This document shows positions 7,994 through 17,002 of a stretch of 30,646 nucleotides of DNA, piece by piece. Below the pieces are notes generated by a model that saw only the letters and a list, made by a program, of their open reading frames with translations, ran no database searches and was not told the DNA's origin. Source of the DNA: Patescibacteria group bacterium (lineage in GTDB: Bacteria > Patescibacteriota > Microgenomatia > UBA1400 > MFAQ01). Location: contig JBBTWQ010000041.1 in assembly GCA_038062695.1 (NCBI GenBank), forward strand, positions 1 to 30,646. The letters run 5' to 3'. Made by a program: the position numbers and the translations under genes. How positions within the stretch are numbered: position 1 is the stretch's first letter; each line of letters starts with the position of its first letter.

Positions 7994-8821
7994 ATGACTG
8001 ATGAAATTGAGGTAATGGGGCCTACAAAAGATTTTGAAGATCTGAAGCAGGTTGACAAGAATGGAATTGAATATTGGATGGCTCGCGAGTTGACGTCTCC
8101 TTTAGGATATACACAATGGAGGAGTTTTGAAGATGTAGTTAAAAGAGCGATGCAAGCGTGTTTGAACAGTGGTCAATTTGTGGAAAACCATTTTGCGGAC
8201 GCCAGCAAAATGGTCGAAATTGGGTCCAGTACGGTGAGGGAAGTAAAAGACTGGAAATTAGATCGGTATGCATGTTACTTGATAGCCCAGAACGGTGACT
8301 CTAGAAAAAGGGAAATTGCACTGGCACAAACTTATTTTGCATTACAGACAAGAAGGCAAGAACTAATCGGATCCATGACTGACGACCAGAGGAGAGTTTT
8401 TATAAGAGGAGAAGTCGCAAATGAAAATAAAAAGCTTTTCTCTACGGCAAGAAAGGTTGGGGTAAATCATTTTGGTTGGTTCAATGATGCCGGGTATAGA
8501 GGGTTGTATGGAAAAGGGATTGGTGAAATTGAGGTCTCAAAAGGTTTAAAGAAAGGCGAACTACTCGATAGAGCTGGTTCAACAGAATTGGCGGCCAATT
8601 TGTTTAGAATTACGCAAACTGATGAAAAGTTGAAAAAAGGAGGAATATCTAGCGAATCTCAGGCTACCTATGTTCATCTTTCGGTGGGGAGGGAAGTGAG
8701 AGAAACCATTAAAAAGATTGGCGGTGAGTTGCCGGAGAACTTACGACCAGAGAAACATATTAAGGAAGTCAAGAAGGAGCTAAAAAAAGTATCTAGATTG
8801 GTTGGCGAAACAGGAAACTAG
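7994..8821 (+). CDS. dinD: DNA-damage-inducible protein D-like (BRO-N domain)
   Basis: EYWMAREL..LGY..WR.F, DWKLDRYACYLIAQNGDSRK..IALAQTYFA.QTRRQE, FNDAGYRGLY, ELAANLFRITQT; AT-richer than its flanks. Confidence 0.88.
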   Translation: MTDEIEVMGPTKDFEDLKQVDKNGIEYWMARELTSPLGYTQWRSFEDVVKRAMQACLNSGQFVENHFADASKMVEIGSSTVREVKDWKLDRYACYLIAQNGDSRKREIALAQTYFALQTRRQELIGSMTDDQRRVFIRGEVANENKKLFSTARKVGVNHFGWFNDAGYRGLYGKGIGEIEVSKGLKKGELLDRAGSTELAANLFRITQTDEKLKKGGISSESQATYVHLSVGREVRETIKKIGGELPENLRPEKHIKEVKKELKKVSRLVGETGN

Positions 8822-8846
8822 TTATCCAAGGTTCGTGTCCCACAAA

Positions 8847-8880
8847 AAACCCGAGTGAAGGAAAACCTATCATCGGGTTT
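8847..8880. terminator. Probable bidirectional intrinsic terminator between convergent dinD and DUF5679
   Basis: AAACCCGA-g-TGA-AGG-aaaa-CCT-a-TCA-TCGGGTTT hairpin, with an A-run on the left and TTT on the right. Confidence 0.6.
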
Positions 8881-8890
8881 CTTGGTCGAG

Positions 8891-9031
8891 TTATTTAGCT
8901 CCAATTTTGAACATTTTGGTGCCGCAAACGGGACAAATAGCGCGGGCAGCCGGTTTACCATTTTTCATGGTAAGGGTTTCAAATTTTTCTACGTCTCTCT
9001 TAGCGCGACACTTAACACAGTACATTGTCAT
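8891..9031 (-). CDS. Small zinc-ribbon protein, DUF5679-like (46 aa)
   Basis: MTMYCVKCRAKR...MKNGKPAARAICPVCGTKMFKIG; SD-like GGGGGTG upstream of the ATG at 9031. Confidence 0.8.
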   Translation of the reverse strand: MTMYCVKCRAKRDVEKFETLTMKNGKPAARAICPVCGTKMFKIGAK

Positions 9032-9063
9032 AAGATCATTCACCCCCTTTCGAGTGCCGGAGG

Positions 9064-9276
9064 TTAGCGCGCTAGATAAAGCCAAAGCGCTATCTCCAAA
9101 GCTAGAGCAAGCATAGTGAGAACAATTACCTTTGTCAAGTCAGACCGGAAATATTTAGCTTCAACCCCCTCCTTTTTAACCGCCCTCTCTTTTGTTTTGG
9201 AGCCATCCATCGCACCAAAAGCCACTTTGAAGCCCGAAGCCTTTATTTTTTGCGCCCGGGTTCTTTTTTTTGCCAT
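9064..9276 (-). CDS. Small membrane protein (basic N-terminus, C-terminal TM helix)
   Basis: 70 aa; Lys/Arg-rich start; hydrophobic VIVLTMLALALEIALWLYL; -10 TAGAAT 6 nt before the ATG. Confidence 0.7.
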   Translation of the reverse strand: MAKKRTRAQKIKASGFKVAFGAMDGSKTKERAVKKEGVEAKYFRSDLTKVIVLTMLALALEIALWLYLAR

Positions 9277-9316
9277 AAGCCTATTCTAAGTCATTTTTGG
9301 TACAATCGTCTTTGTT

Positions 9317-9778
9317 ATGTCCGATCCGAATGTCTACTATCTTTTTCTCGGCCTGGTTGGTTTTTGGCTCCTGATTCTCTCGTTTACCGTCTTCCGTCTC
9401 TTTTTCCACTATCAATCCCTGACCAAGGGACTTTCTCAGAAGGACCTTATCAGCGCCCTCAACAACTTTATCGCCAAAACCCAAACCAACCAGGAAGCGA
9501 TTGAAAGCGTTCGGGCTCATCTGACCAAAGAGGTGGCCGACAACAAACTTCACCTCCAAAAAGTGAGTTTTATGAGGTTCAATCCCTTTACCGACACCGG
9601 TGGTAATCAGAGCTTTATTTTGAGTTTACTAGATGAAAATGGGACCGGGGTTGTGATAAGCTCATTGCATAGTCGGGAAAACACCCGCATTTATGCCAAG
9701 GCCATCGACAAAGGCCAGTGCCCGGACCAAGTCCTAAGTAAAGAAGAACGCCAAGTCATCAAAGATAGCCTTAAATAA
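9317..9778 (+). CDS. DUF4446 family protein
   Basis: N-terminal TM, coiled coil, RFNPFTDTGGNQSF..SLLD..GTGVVISSLHSRENTRIYAK, LSKEE. Confidence 0.88.
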   Translation: MSDPNVYYLFLGLVGFWLLILSFTVFRLFFHYQSLTKGLSQKDLISALNNFIAKTQTNQEAIESVRAHLTKEVADNKLHLQKVSFMRFNPFTDTGGNQSFILSLLDENGTGVVISSLHSRENTRIYAKAIDKGQCPDQVLSKEERQVIKDSLK

Positions 9779-10951
9779 ATGAACAAAAAAATTATCTATC
9801 TTGCCTCCCTGGTCATCGCCTACCTCCTCGGCTTGGGCATCGGTTACGCGATCTTTCCGAAAGCGAGCCCAGAAGGCCTTGTCTCCCCTGCCCTTGAAGA
9901 GGGAGTGACGAAGGCCGGCAAGTCCCTGGTCGCCATCGATCCCTCCGAACCGAAAAATCAGACCTGTCCCCTCAATGGCTTGGCTTACACCACCACCGAA
10001 AAGAATCTCTGGGAAAGGCGCCGCCCGCTGACGGTCATGATCGAAAATCACCAGGAAGCCCGCCCTCAATCCGGCCTCAGCTCGGCCGATATTGTCTATG
10101 AAACCGTCGCCGAAGGCGCGATTACCCGTCTGCTAGCCGTATTTTACTGTGACACCGCCGCTACCGATCTGATTATCGGACCGGTCAGAAGCGCTCGGAC
10201 TTACTTCCTCGACTGGGCCAGCGAATATGGCAAGTATCCGCTTTATGTCCACGTCGGCGGCGCCAATACCCCCAACAAGGCCAATGCCCTGGGCCAGATC
10301 AGAGACTATGGTTGGCAAGGGCTAAACGACCTCAATCAATTTGGCTTAGGGGTCAAGGAATGCTGGCGCGACTATACTCGCGTCGGCCACGAGGTTGCCA
10401 CCGAACACACCATGTATTGTTCCACCGAAAACCTCTACAAGGCGGCCCAAAAGCGTGGTATTACCAACCTGGACAAAAAGGGCGACTCCTGGACCAAGTT
10501 TTTCGTCCCCTGGAAGTTCGGGGAAAAACCTGACGGCAACACCGGCAAACCGGCGGCTACCGTCGATTTTGACTTCTGGAAGGACTATGCTCAGTACCAC
10601 GTCACCTGGACTTTTGACAGCAACGCCAAGGTTTACAAACGCGTCAACGGCGGCCAGGCCCACAAGGATAGAAATGCCGATAACCAAATTGAAGCCAAAA
10701 CAGTTATCGTCCAATTCGTCACCGAGACCGGCCCCATTGACGAAGAAAAGCATATGCTCTATGGCACTACCGGTAGCGGCAACGCCCTTGTTTTTAGCCA
10801 AGGCCAGGTTTTTTCAGCCACCTGGAGCAAGAAAACCCGGCTCGATCGTACCGTCTATAAAGATAGTAAAGGTAAGGAATTCCAGTTTGTTCCGGGCAAG
10901 ATCTGGGTCGAGATCCTCTCCAAAGCCAATACCTCCGTCTCCTACCAATAA
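9779..10951 (+). CDS. DUF3048 (YerB-like) membrane-anchored protein
   Basis: RPLTVMIEN..EARPQSGL..ADIVYE..AEGAITRLLA, GPVRSARTYF; N-terminal TM anchor. Confidence 0.9.
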   Translation: MNKKIIYLASLVIAYLLGLGIGYAIFPKASPEGLVSPALEEGVTKAGKSLVAIDPSEPKNQTCPLNGLAYTTTEKNLWERRRPLTVMIENHQEARPQSGLSSADIVYETVAEGAITRLLAVFYCDTAATDLIIGPVRSARTYFLDWASEYGKYPLYVHVGGANTPNKANALGQIRDYGWQGLNDLNQFGLGVKECWRDYTRVGHEVATEHTMYCSTENLYKAAQKRGITNLDKKGDSWTKFFVPWKFGEKPDGNTGKPAATVDFDFWKDYAQYHVTWTFDSNAKVYKRVNGGQAHKDRNADNQIEAKTVIVQFVTETGPIDEEKHMLYGTTGSGNALVFSQGQVFSATWSKKTRLDRTVYKDSKGKEFQFVPGKIWVEILSKANTSVSYQ

Positions 10952-10978
10952 AGGGTTTGGTTGGTATAAACTATTCTA

Positions 10979-12418
10979 ATGCTTTCTTACGGCTTGGACT
11001 TTGGCACGACAAACACCTCTATAAGTATCTTAAAGGATGGCAAACCTTACCTCTTCCCCGTCGACGAAGTGGCTCCTAGTCCTGACGTCATCCGTTCGGC
11101 TTTATATTTCTTTCCACGAAAGTTTGTGGTTCACACAAACGTCCCTAAAGAGGCTATCCAAGCTCAAACATTTAAAGCAGATCAGTTTCATTATGAAGGA
11201 GAGATAAAAACCATTATTGGAAACAGAGCGGTTCAAGCTTATCTAGATGATAATAAATCCCGCCATTCAGGTATCAAAAGAAAAATTTTCACCGGCAAGA
11301 TCATTCCCAATATCATCCTCTGGACCAACCCATACAGTGGCAGGGTCTATACCGCCGACGTCCCCGAATACTACGAAGAAATCGATTATGGCACGGGCCG
11401 CTTGTTTCACGCATTGAAATCCGCCCTGAAGTCGCCTCTTTTTAAGGGAAATCGCGTTTTCGGCAATTATTATGAGTTAGAGCAACTTATTGGACTCTTA
11501 CTTAGCCAGATCAAGCGCCGGGCCGATGAAATTTCAGGCGAAAAAATTGACTCTGTTGTGTGCGGCCGGCCGAGATATTTTTCAACTGACCCCCATAAAG
11601 ATCAGGCAGCCGAAGATCGACTTAGGGCAGCTCTTAACCAAGCTGGTTTCAAAGACATCAAATTTGAGTTTGAGCCGGTTGCAGCAGCGAAGTATTATCT
11701 CTCCCGCTTTCCACAGAGAAAACAGAAAGTTTTTGTTTTTGACTTTGGCGGTGGTACTCTCGACACTACCATTATAGAACAGACCGATAAGGGATATCAT
11801 GTCATCGCCACAGACGGAGTATATATCGGCGGCGACCTTTTGAATTCTGATATTTTCTACCATAAACTTGGCCCGCTCTTTGGGACTAAACTTACTTGGG
11901 GAGATCGCCAGATGCCCATGCCCAACCACATTATTGATGATCTGCGTTCTTGGTATGGCATTCCCAATCTAAACAACCAAAGGGACATCGAGTTTCTTAC
12001 CGGTGATATTCGTTATCAGAATTCAGATCTTCCGGCGGTTGATAGACTTCTCCACTTGATTCGAAAAAACCTCGGTTTTGAGGTTTATGAAGCGATTGAA
12101 AAGGCCAAAAAAGACCTGACTTACCAAGATAGATCAAAGATTGAGTTCAAAGACGGCCCAATCGACATCGGACTCGAGATTTCAAAAACGGAGTTTGAAG
12201 AATTGATTTCTCCTCGGATTGAAGAAGTCAAAAAAACAGTTCTCCGCACTCTCGAATATGCCAACCTTGAACCGGAGCAGATCGACATTGTTGTTCGCAC
12301 GGGTGGATCATCTTTAATTCCGGTCTTCGAACAAATGCTTGTTAAGATTTTTGGAGGCGGCAGGGTTACCGAATTCGATCCTTTCACGTCTGTGGTGGCG
12401 GGACTATCGATTAGATAA
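10979..12418 (+). CDS. Hsp70-family protein, YegD-like (no substrate-binding domain)
   Basis: GLDFGTTN, FEPVAAA, VFDFGGGTLD, IGGD, TGGSSLIP; 479 aa. Confidence 0.88.
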   Translation: MLSYGLDFGTTNTSISILKDGKPYLFPVDEVAPSPDVIRSALYFFPRKFVVHTNVPKEAIQAQTFKADQFHYEGEIKTIIGNRAVQAYLDDNKSRHSGIKRKIFTGKIIPNIILWTNPYSGRVYTADVPEYYEEIDYGTGRLFHALKSALKSPLFKGNRVFGNYYELEQLIGLLLSQIKRRADEISGEKIDSVVCGRPRYFSTDPHKDQAAEDRLRAALNQAGFKDIKFEFEPVAAAKYYLSRFPQRKQKVFVFDFGGGTLDTTIIEQTDKGYHVIATDGVYIGGDLLNSDIFYHKLGPLFGTKLTWGDRQMPMPNHIIDDLRSWYGIPNLNNQRDIEFLTGDIRYQNSDLPAVDRLLHLIRKNLGFEVYEAIEKAKKDLTYQDRSKIEFKDGPIDIGLEISKTEFEELISPRIEEVKKTVLRTLEYANLEPEQIDIVVRTGGSSLIPVFEQMLVKIFGGGRVTEFDPFTSVVAGLSIR

Positions 12419-12449
12419 TTAAAAGTTGGTGGTAGGCTATTCCGAGTTG

Positions 12450-12477
12450 TTGCTTTCCGTTAACCCCGTGTTATACT
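12450..12477 (+). promoter_or_regulatory. Promoter for wHTH-NTase/AbrB
   Basis: TTGCTT (12450-12455), 16-nt spacer, TG-t-TATACT (12469-12477). Confidence 0.55.
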
Positions 12478-12498
12478 GCAGACAATAGTTGTTCATGT

Positions 12499-13080
12499 AT
12501 GGCTAAACTTACCGATTTCATGGTCAGTCGCGTCCGGGCGAAACTCATAAAAATATTCCTTTCCCGTCCGACTGAAATGTATTACGTCCGCGAACTCACC
12601 CGCGCCGCCAAAGAAGAGATCAACGCTGTTCGCCGGGAGCTGGCCCGGATGGTGGAGAAGGGCATGGTCAAAAATGAAAAACGCGGCAACCGGCTCTACT
12701 ACCAATTTCGGCAATCCTATCCCTTTTACGAGCCGCTCCTGGAAATCGTCGTCAAAACCACCTCCCTCGGCAAGGATCTCATTACCAATCGAGGCAAGCT
12801 TGGCTTTATCAAATTCGCTTTCCTTTCCGGCAAGTTCATCCGGGGCCTCAAGCGGGGACCCAGCGATGTCGACCTGGTTGTTATCGGCCAGGTCATCTCG
12901 CCCCAGCTGGCCATCATCGTCAAAGAATACGAAGAGGCGGCCGGTACCGAGGTGAACTACTCGACCATGACCGAAGAAGAATTTGGCTACCGTCTCTCCC
13001 GCAAAGACCCGTTTATTACTGGCATTCTTATTCAACCCCGGGTCATGATCATCGGCGATGACGTCGATATGGTCGTATAG
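12499..13080 (+). CDS. Winged-HTH plus nucleotidyltransferase-like domain protein
   Basis: YVRELTR...INAVRREL..M...G.V....GNRLYY (ArsR-like wHTH); SDVDLVVIG DxD motif. Confidence 0.75.
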   Translation: MAKLTDFMVSRVRAKLIKIFLSRPTEMYYVRELTRAAKEEINAVRRELARMVEKGMVKNEKRGNRLYYQFRQSYPFYEPLLEIVVKTTSLGKDLITNRGKLGFIKFAFLSGKFIRGLKRGPSDVDLVVIGQVISPQLAIIVKEYEEAAGTEVNYSTMTEEEFGYRLSRKDPFITGILIQPRVMIIGDDVDMVV

Positions 13081-13103
13081 CATATGGTGAGCAGGGTCGA
13101 ACC

Positions 13104-13322
13104 ATGAACAAACAAAAAATAATCAAAGCGGGCAATTCGCTCGCCATCACCCTGCCATCACGATTGGTCAGGGCTTTGGGGCTCCGCGCTGGCGATCCGG
13201 TCACGGTCGGCCAGTCACTTGACCAAACCCAAATCGTCTGTCACTTTGATTCCCCCCGCCAGCTCTCTCTGACCCCGCCCGCCCCTCGGGAAGCCGAACC
13301 GCTCCTGGTGGGGAAGTCATAG
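13104..13322 (+). CDS. AbrB/MazE/SpoVT family DNA-binding protein
   Basis: KIIKAGNSLAITLPSRLVRALGLRAGDPV is a typical swapped-hairpin signature. Confidence 0.85.
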   Translation: MNKQKIIKAGNSLAITLPSRLVRALGLRAGDPVTVGQSLDQTQIVCHFDSPRQLSLTPPAPREAEPLLVGKS

Positions 13323-13335
13323 TACAATTCACTTC

Positions 13336-14721
13336 ATGCGTCAATCGCGCGGCCTTCTCTTTTTCATCTTCAGCCTGGTTCTTTTTTGCCTTTATTTAAA
13401 CCTCCCTTTTGATTTGCAGTTTTCCCGTAAAATTCTAAACAAAGAATTTGGCTTTAACTTACCCCGACCCCGGATTAATTTTCGCCTCGGCAACTCCGTT
13501 TTTAATCGCGACCTCAATTTCAAAAAGGGTCTCGATCTCTCCGGCGGTATGCAGGTCACTCTCCTAGCTGATATGGAGCAAATTGGCCAGCCAAGTCGGA
13601 CTACCGCTCTGGAGTCCGCCCGCTCGGTCATCAGCCGCCGCGTCGACCTTTATGGTGTCTCCGAGGCCACCGTCAAGACGTCGGTTACGGGCGCTGACTA
13701 TCGCCTTATAGTCGAACTACCCGGCGTCGACAAACCCCAGGAAGCCCTCGACCTCATTGGTCAAACCGCCAGTTTGGTTTTCGCCACCCCCATCTACCAG
13801 GCCGATCCGGCCTCACCGGGAGCAGAGCTCAAACTGGTTACCTTCGTACCCTCCGACCTTACCGGCAAAGATTTGAGCTTAGCCCAGGTGACTTTTGAAA
13901 CTCAAAACCGCCAACCCGCCGTCTCCATCAAATTCAAAGATTCCGGTCGGGACAAATTTGCCAAGTTAACCAAAGAATTCTTAGGTAAACCGCTCGCCAT
14001 TCTTCTTGATAACTCGCTTCTTTCTGCCCCCACCGTTCAGTCGGAAATAACTAGCGGCGACGCCATTATCTCCGGTAGTTTTACCCTTGACGAAGCCAAG
14101 TTTCTGGCTACCCAACTCAATGCCGGCGCCCTGCCGGTTCCCGTCAAAATTCTTGCCCAAAAGGTCATCTCGGCCACTCTTGGCGAAGACTCGATTCGTC
14201 AAAGCGTCCTGGCCGGCGCTATTGGTCTGGCCATCGTCGCCGCCTTTATGATTACTTATTACGGCTGGCTCGGGGTTATTGCCGTCATCGGTCTTTTAGT
14301 CTACGGTCTGATTACCGCCACTCTTTATCGCCTCATCCCCGTCACTCTGACTCTGCCCGGCGTCGCCGGTTTCTTGCTTTCCATCGGTATGGCCGTCGAC
14401 AGCAACATCCTCGTTTTTGAGCGTTATCGGGAAGAAATCCGGGCTGGGCGTTCCTGGCCGGTTAGTCTCGAGCTTTCCTTCGGCCGGGCCTGGAACTCGA
14501 TCAAAGATGCCAACTTGGCCACCATTATCACCGGTCTGATTCTCTTTAACCCACTCGACTGGTCATTTCTCAATGCTTCGGGGGCAGTCCGCGGCTTCGC
14601 CCTGACTCTCCTCCTTGGTATTTTCATTTCCCTCTTTACCGGTATTGTGGTCACCCGAACCCTGCTGCGTTTTTTCTACCATGGCACTAAGCAATCACCA
14701 AACCAGCCCCAACAATCATGA
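13336..14721 (+). CDS. secD: Protein translocase subunit SecD
   Basis: KGLDLSGG, RRVDLYGVSE, IVELPG, LNAGALPVP, ATLG, TLPGVAG..LSIGMAVDSNILVFER.REE. Confidence 0.97.
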   Translation: MRQSRGLLFFIFSLVLFCLYLNLPFDLQFSRKILNKEFGFNLPRPRINFRLGNSVFNRDLNFKKGLDLSGGMQVTLLADMEQIGQPSRTTALESARSVISRRVDLYGVSEATVKTSVTGADYRLIVELPGVDKPQEALDLIGQTASLVFATPIYQADPASPGAELKLVTFVPSDLTGKDLSLAQVTFETQNRQPAVSIKFKDSGRDKFAKLTKEFLGKPLAILLDNSLLSAPTVQSEITSGDAIISGSFTLDEAKFLATQLNAGALPVPVKILAQKVISATLGEDSIRQSVLAGAIGLAIVAAFMITYYGWLGVIAVIGLLVYGLITATLYRLIPVTLTLPGVAGFLLSIGMAVDSNILVFERYREEIRAGRSWPVSLELSFGRAWNSIKDANLATIITGLILFNPLDWSFLNASGAVRGFALTLLLGIFISLFTGIVVTRTLLRFFYHGTKQSPNQPQQS

Positions 14722-15503
14722 TCAATTGGATGAAACTTCGCTATCTCTACCTCGCCTTCTCGCTCCTGATCATCATCCCCGGCGTCGTCTCCCTCGCCCG
14801 TTACGGCCTCAAACTGAGTATCGACTTCACCGGCGGTTCCGTCCTTACCCTTTCCGACTCAACCATTATTCGTGAGAAAGATATTAGCCAACAACAAGCG
14901 GACGAAATGGTTGAGAAACTACGAGAGAAAAACAAAGACCTGAAAATTGTTTCCTTTGAAACCCTCGGCCCGGCCTTAGGTCAGGAAACGATCAAGAAGA
15001 CCATCTACGCCGTTCTTCTGGCTTCCCTGTTGATCTTGATTCACATTACCCGTGCCTTTAAGCAATTAAAGTTTGGCGTCTGTGCTCTCCTGGCCATGCT
15101 TCATGATAGCTTAGTGCTTTTGGGCATCTTTTCCCTTCTCGGTCACTTCGCGGGCATCGAAGTCGATCTTTTATTTGTCACCGCCACCCTGACCGTTCTT
15201 TCCTTCTCGGTTCACGATACCATTGTTGTTTACGACCGCATTCGCGAACTCCAAAAACGTCACTCAAATGAGTCTATCAGGCAGCTGGCCAACCAGGCCG
15301 TCAGCGAGACCATGATCCGCTCGCTCAATAACTCGCTCACCATCATCTTTATGCTTCTGGCTCTTTTCCTCCTTGGCGGCGTCTCCACCCGCTTTTTTGC
15401 CCTGGCTCTCCTTATCGGCACTATTTCCGGCTCCTATTCCTCGCCCTTCACCGCCGTCCCCCTCCTCGTCATCTGGGACGATCTCCGCCACCGCCGTCAA
15501 TAG
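14718..15503 (+). CDS. secF: Protein translocase subunit SecF (short periplasmic domain)
   Basis: SIDFTGGS, ETLGPALG, HD, SVHDTIVVYDRIRE, RSLNNS, GSYSSPF; ATGA overlap with secD. Confidence 0.96.
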   Translation: MINWMKLRYLYLAFSLLIIIPGVVSLARYGLKLSIDFTGGSVLTLSDSTIIREKDISQQQADEMVEKLREKNKDLKIVSFETLGPALGQETIKKTIYAVLLASLLILIHITRAFKQLKFGVCALLAMLHDSLVLLGIFSLLGHFAGIEVDLLFVTATLTVLSFSVHDTIVVYDRIRELQKRHSNESIRQLANQAVSETMIRSLNNSLTIIFMLLALFLLGGVSTRFFALALLIGTISGSYSSPFTAVPLLVIWDDLRHRRQ

Positions 15504-15516
15504 TCCCGCTACTGTG

Positions 15517-15529
15517 CACCTGGGGGGTG
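15517..15529 (-). repeat. Short palindromic REP-like unit CACC-N5-GGTG between convergent secF and cca
   Basis: Minus strand CACCCCCCAGGTG; 12/13 identical to CACCCCCGAGGTG at 24057-24069. Confidence 0.55.
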
Positions 15530-15533
15530 AACA

Positions 15534-16973
15534 CTACGCCAGTTCTTTGATCCGGCCGACTAGGTATTCGCGCTTGTTTTTACTCGTGTCTTCCAGCACT
15601 TCCTCAAAGAGGATATTGAGGACCCGGCCGATTTTCGGCCCCGGTTTGATGGCGAGAATTTCCATGACGTCGCGGCCGTTAACGGCCATATCGGATACCT
15701 CCATCGGCTCAAACAATTGCTCGCCGATTCTTTTTTGAAATTCCATCAATCGCCAACTGGTCGTTTTACTGCCGCCGCCCTTCCGGTCACCGATCCGCAG
15801 GTTAATCATATCGTTGATATTTTCCTTCCCCACCCGCCTGATGAAACGACGAATAGCGGCATCGGTCATTTCCGGCTGGTAGGCGAACATATGCCAGCGA
15901 ACCAGGGTCGTTAATTTGGCCTTTTCCTTGGCTGACAACTTGAGGTCGTCGGCAATTTTCACCGCCATTCTTTCACCGATTACCTCATGGCCATAAAAAG
16001 TTGTTGCACTGTGGGTCGCCTGTTCCGTCTGGCATTTCGGGCAACGCAAGTGATCATCGACCAGGTCACTTTGTTTAATCAAAGCGCCGCAATTGACGCA
16101 GTGATATCTCTTTGTTGCCGGCTTGCCGATGTCATGAAGCAGGGTAGCCAGTCGAACCAGGGGGTCGCGGCTGGGGCAGCCGGCCAGACTTTCAAGCATG
16201 TGGTCGAGGACATCCAGAGTGTGGTGCCCGGTCTGGTCCACTCCCCGGGCCGCCAAGACCTCAGGGATAATGTGTTCCATCAGGCCGGTCGAGATCAACA
16301 GGCGTACGCCATCGGCCGGATAGTCACTGCCGATTATTTTCAGCAGTTCGTCGCGCACCCTCTCCCGGCTAATGTTGGCCAATAACTGGGCCTTTTTTCC
16401 GATTGCCGCCAAAGTTTTTTCTTCGATCCGAAATGACAGCGTCGCCGCCAGCCGAATTGCCCGCATCATCCGCAAAGCGTCTTCGCCGAATCGCGCTTCG
16501 GGATCGCCAACCGTCCGAATAACCCCTTCCTCAAAATCGGCCAGTCCATCAACCAGATCGATCAGTTCATGGTTGCTCATCACCACTGCGCTGATCGTGA
16601 ACTCCCGGCGGGTGACGTCCTCCTCCAGCGTCCTCCCCCAGGCAATCTGGTCCGGATGGCGAAAGTCAGAGTAGCCTTTTTCCGACCGATAGGTCGTTAT
16701 TTCATAGACTTCATCGCCAATCGCCATGCCGACCGTCCCGAAATCGTTTTCGTAATACGGCTCGTACTCGGCGGTGATTTTCTGTATCTCCTCCGGCGTC
16801 GCGTCGGTGGTCAGGTCGCAATTGACCGGCATTTTAGCGATCAGGATATTTCTTACCCCGCCTCCTACCAGATAAATTTCTTTACCGGCATCAGTAAAAA
16901 GTTGGAAAATATGAACCAACTCTTTCGGGAAAAGAGCCTTTTCGTCCGCTAATAATTTGCGCCTCACTTCCAT
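15534..16973 (-). CDS. cca: CCA tRNA nucleotidyltransferase / poly(A) polymerase family with HD domain
   Basis: YLVGGGVRN, CDLTTDA, EITTYR, DVTRREFTI, RFGEDALRMMRAIR, ISRERVRDEL, LLHDIGKP, FYGHE. Confidence 0.92.
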   Translation of the reverse strand: MEVRRKLLADEKALFPKELVHIFQLFTDAGKEIYLVGGGVRNILIAKMPVNCDLTTDATPEEIQKITAEYEPYYENDFGTVGMAIGDEVYEITTYRSEKGYSDFRHPDQIAWGRTLEEDVTRREFTISAVVMSNHELIDLVDGLADFEEGVIRTVGDPEARFGEDALRMMRAIRLAATLSFRIEEKTLAAIGKKAQLLANISRERVRDELLKIIGSDYPADGVRLLISTGLMEHIIPEVLAARGVDQTGHHTLDVLDHMLESLAGCPSRDPLVRLATLLHDIGKPATKRYHCVNCGALIKQSDLVDDHLRCPKCQTEQATHSATTFYGHEVIGERMAVKIADDLKLSAKEKAKLTTLVRWHMFAYQPEMTDAAIRRFIRRVGKENINDMINLRIGDRKGGGSKTTSWRLMEFQKRIGEQLFEPMEVSDMAVNGRDVMEILAIKPGPKIGRVLNILFEEVLEDTSKNKREYLVGRIKELA

Positions 16974-17002
16974 AGGCCTATCTTAACATTTACAATATAG
17001 GC

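Noticed and set aside
9875-9916. Imperfect hairpin GGCCTT...AAGGCC in the DUF3048 linker
   Set aside because: It needs several bulges in GC-rich sequence and matches no other repeat in the window.
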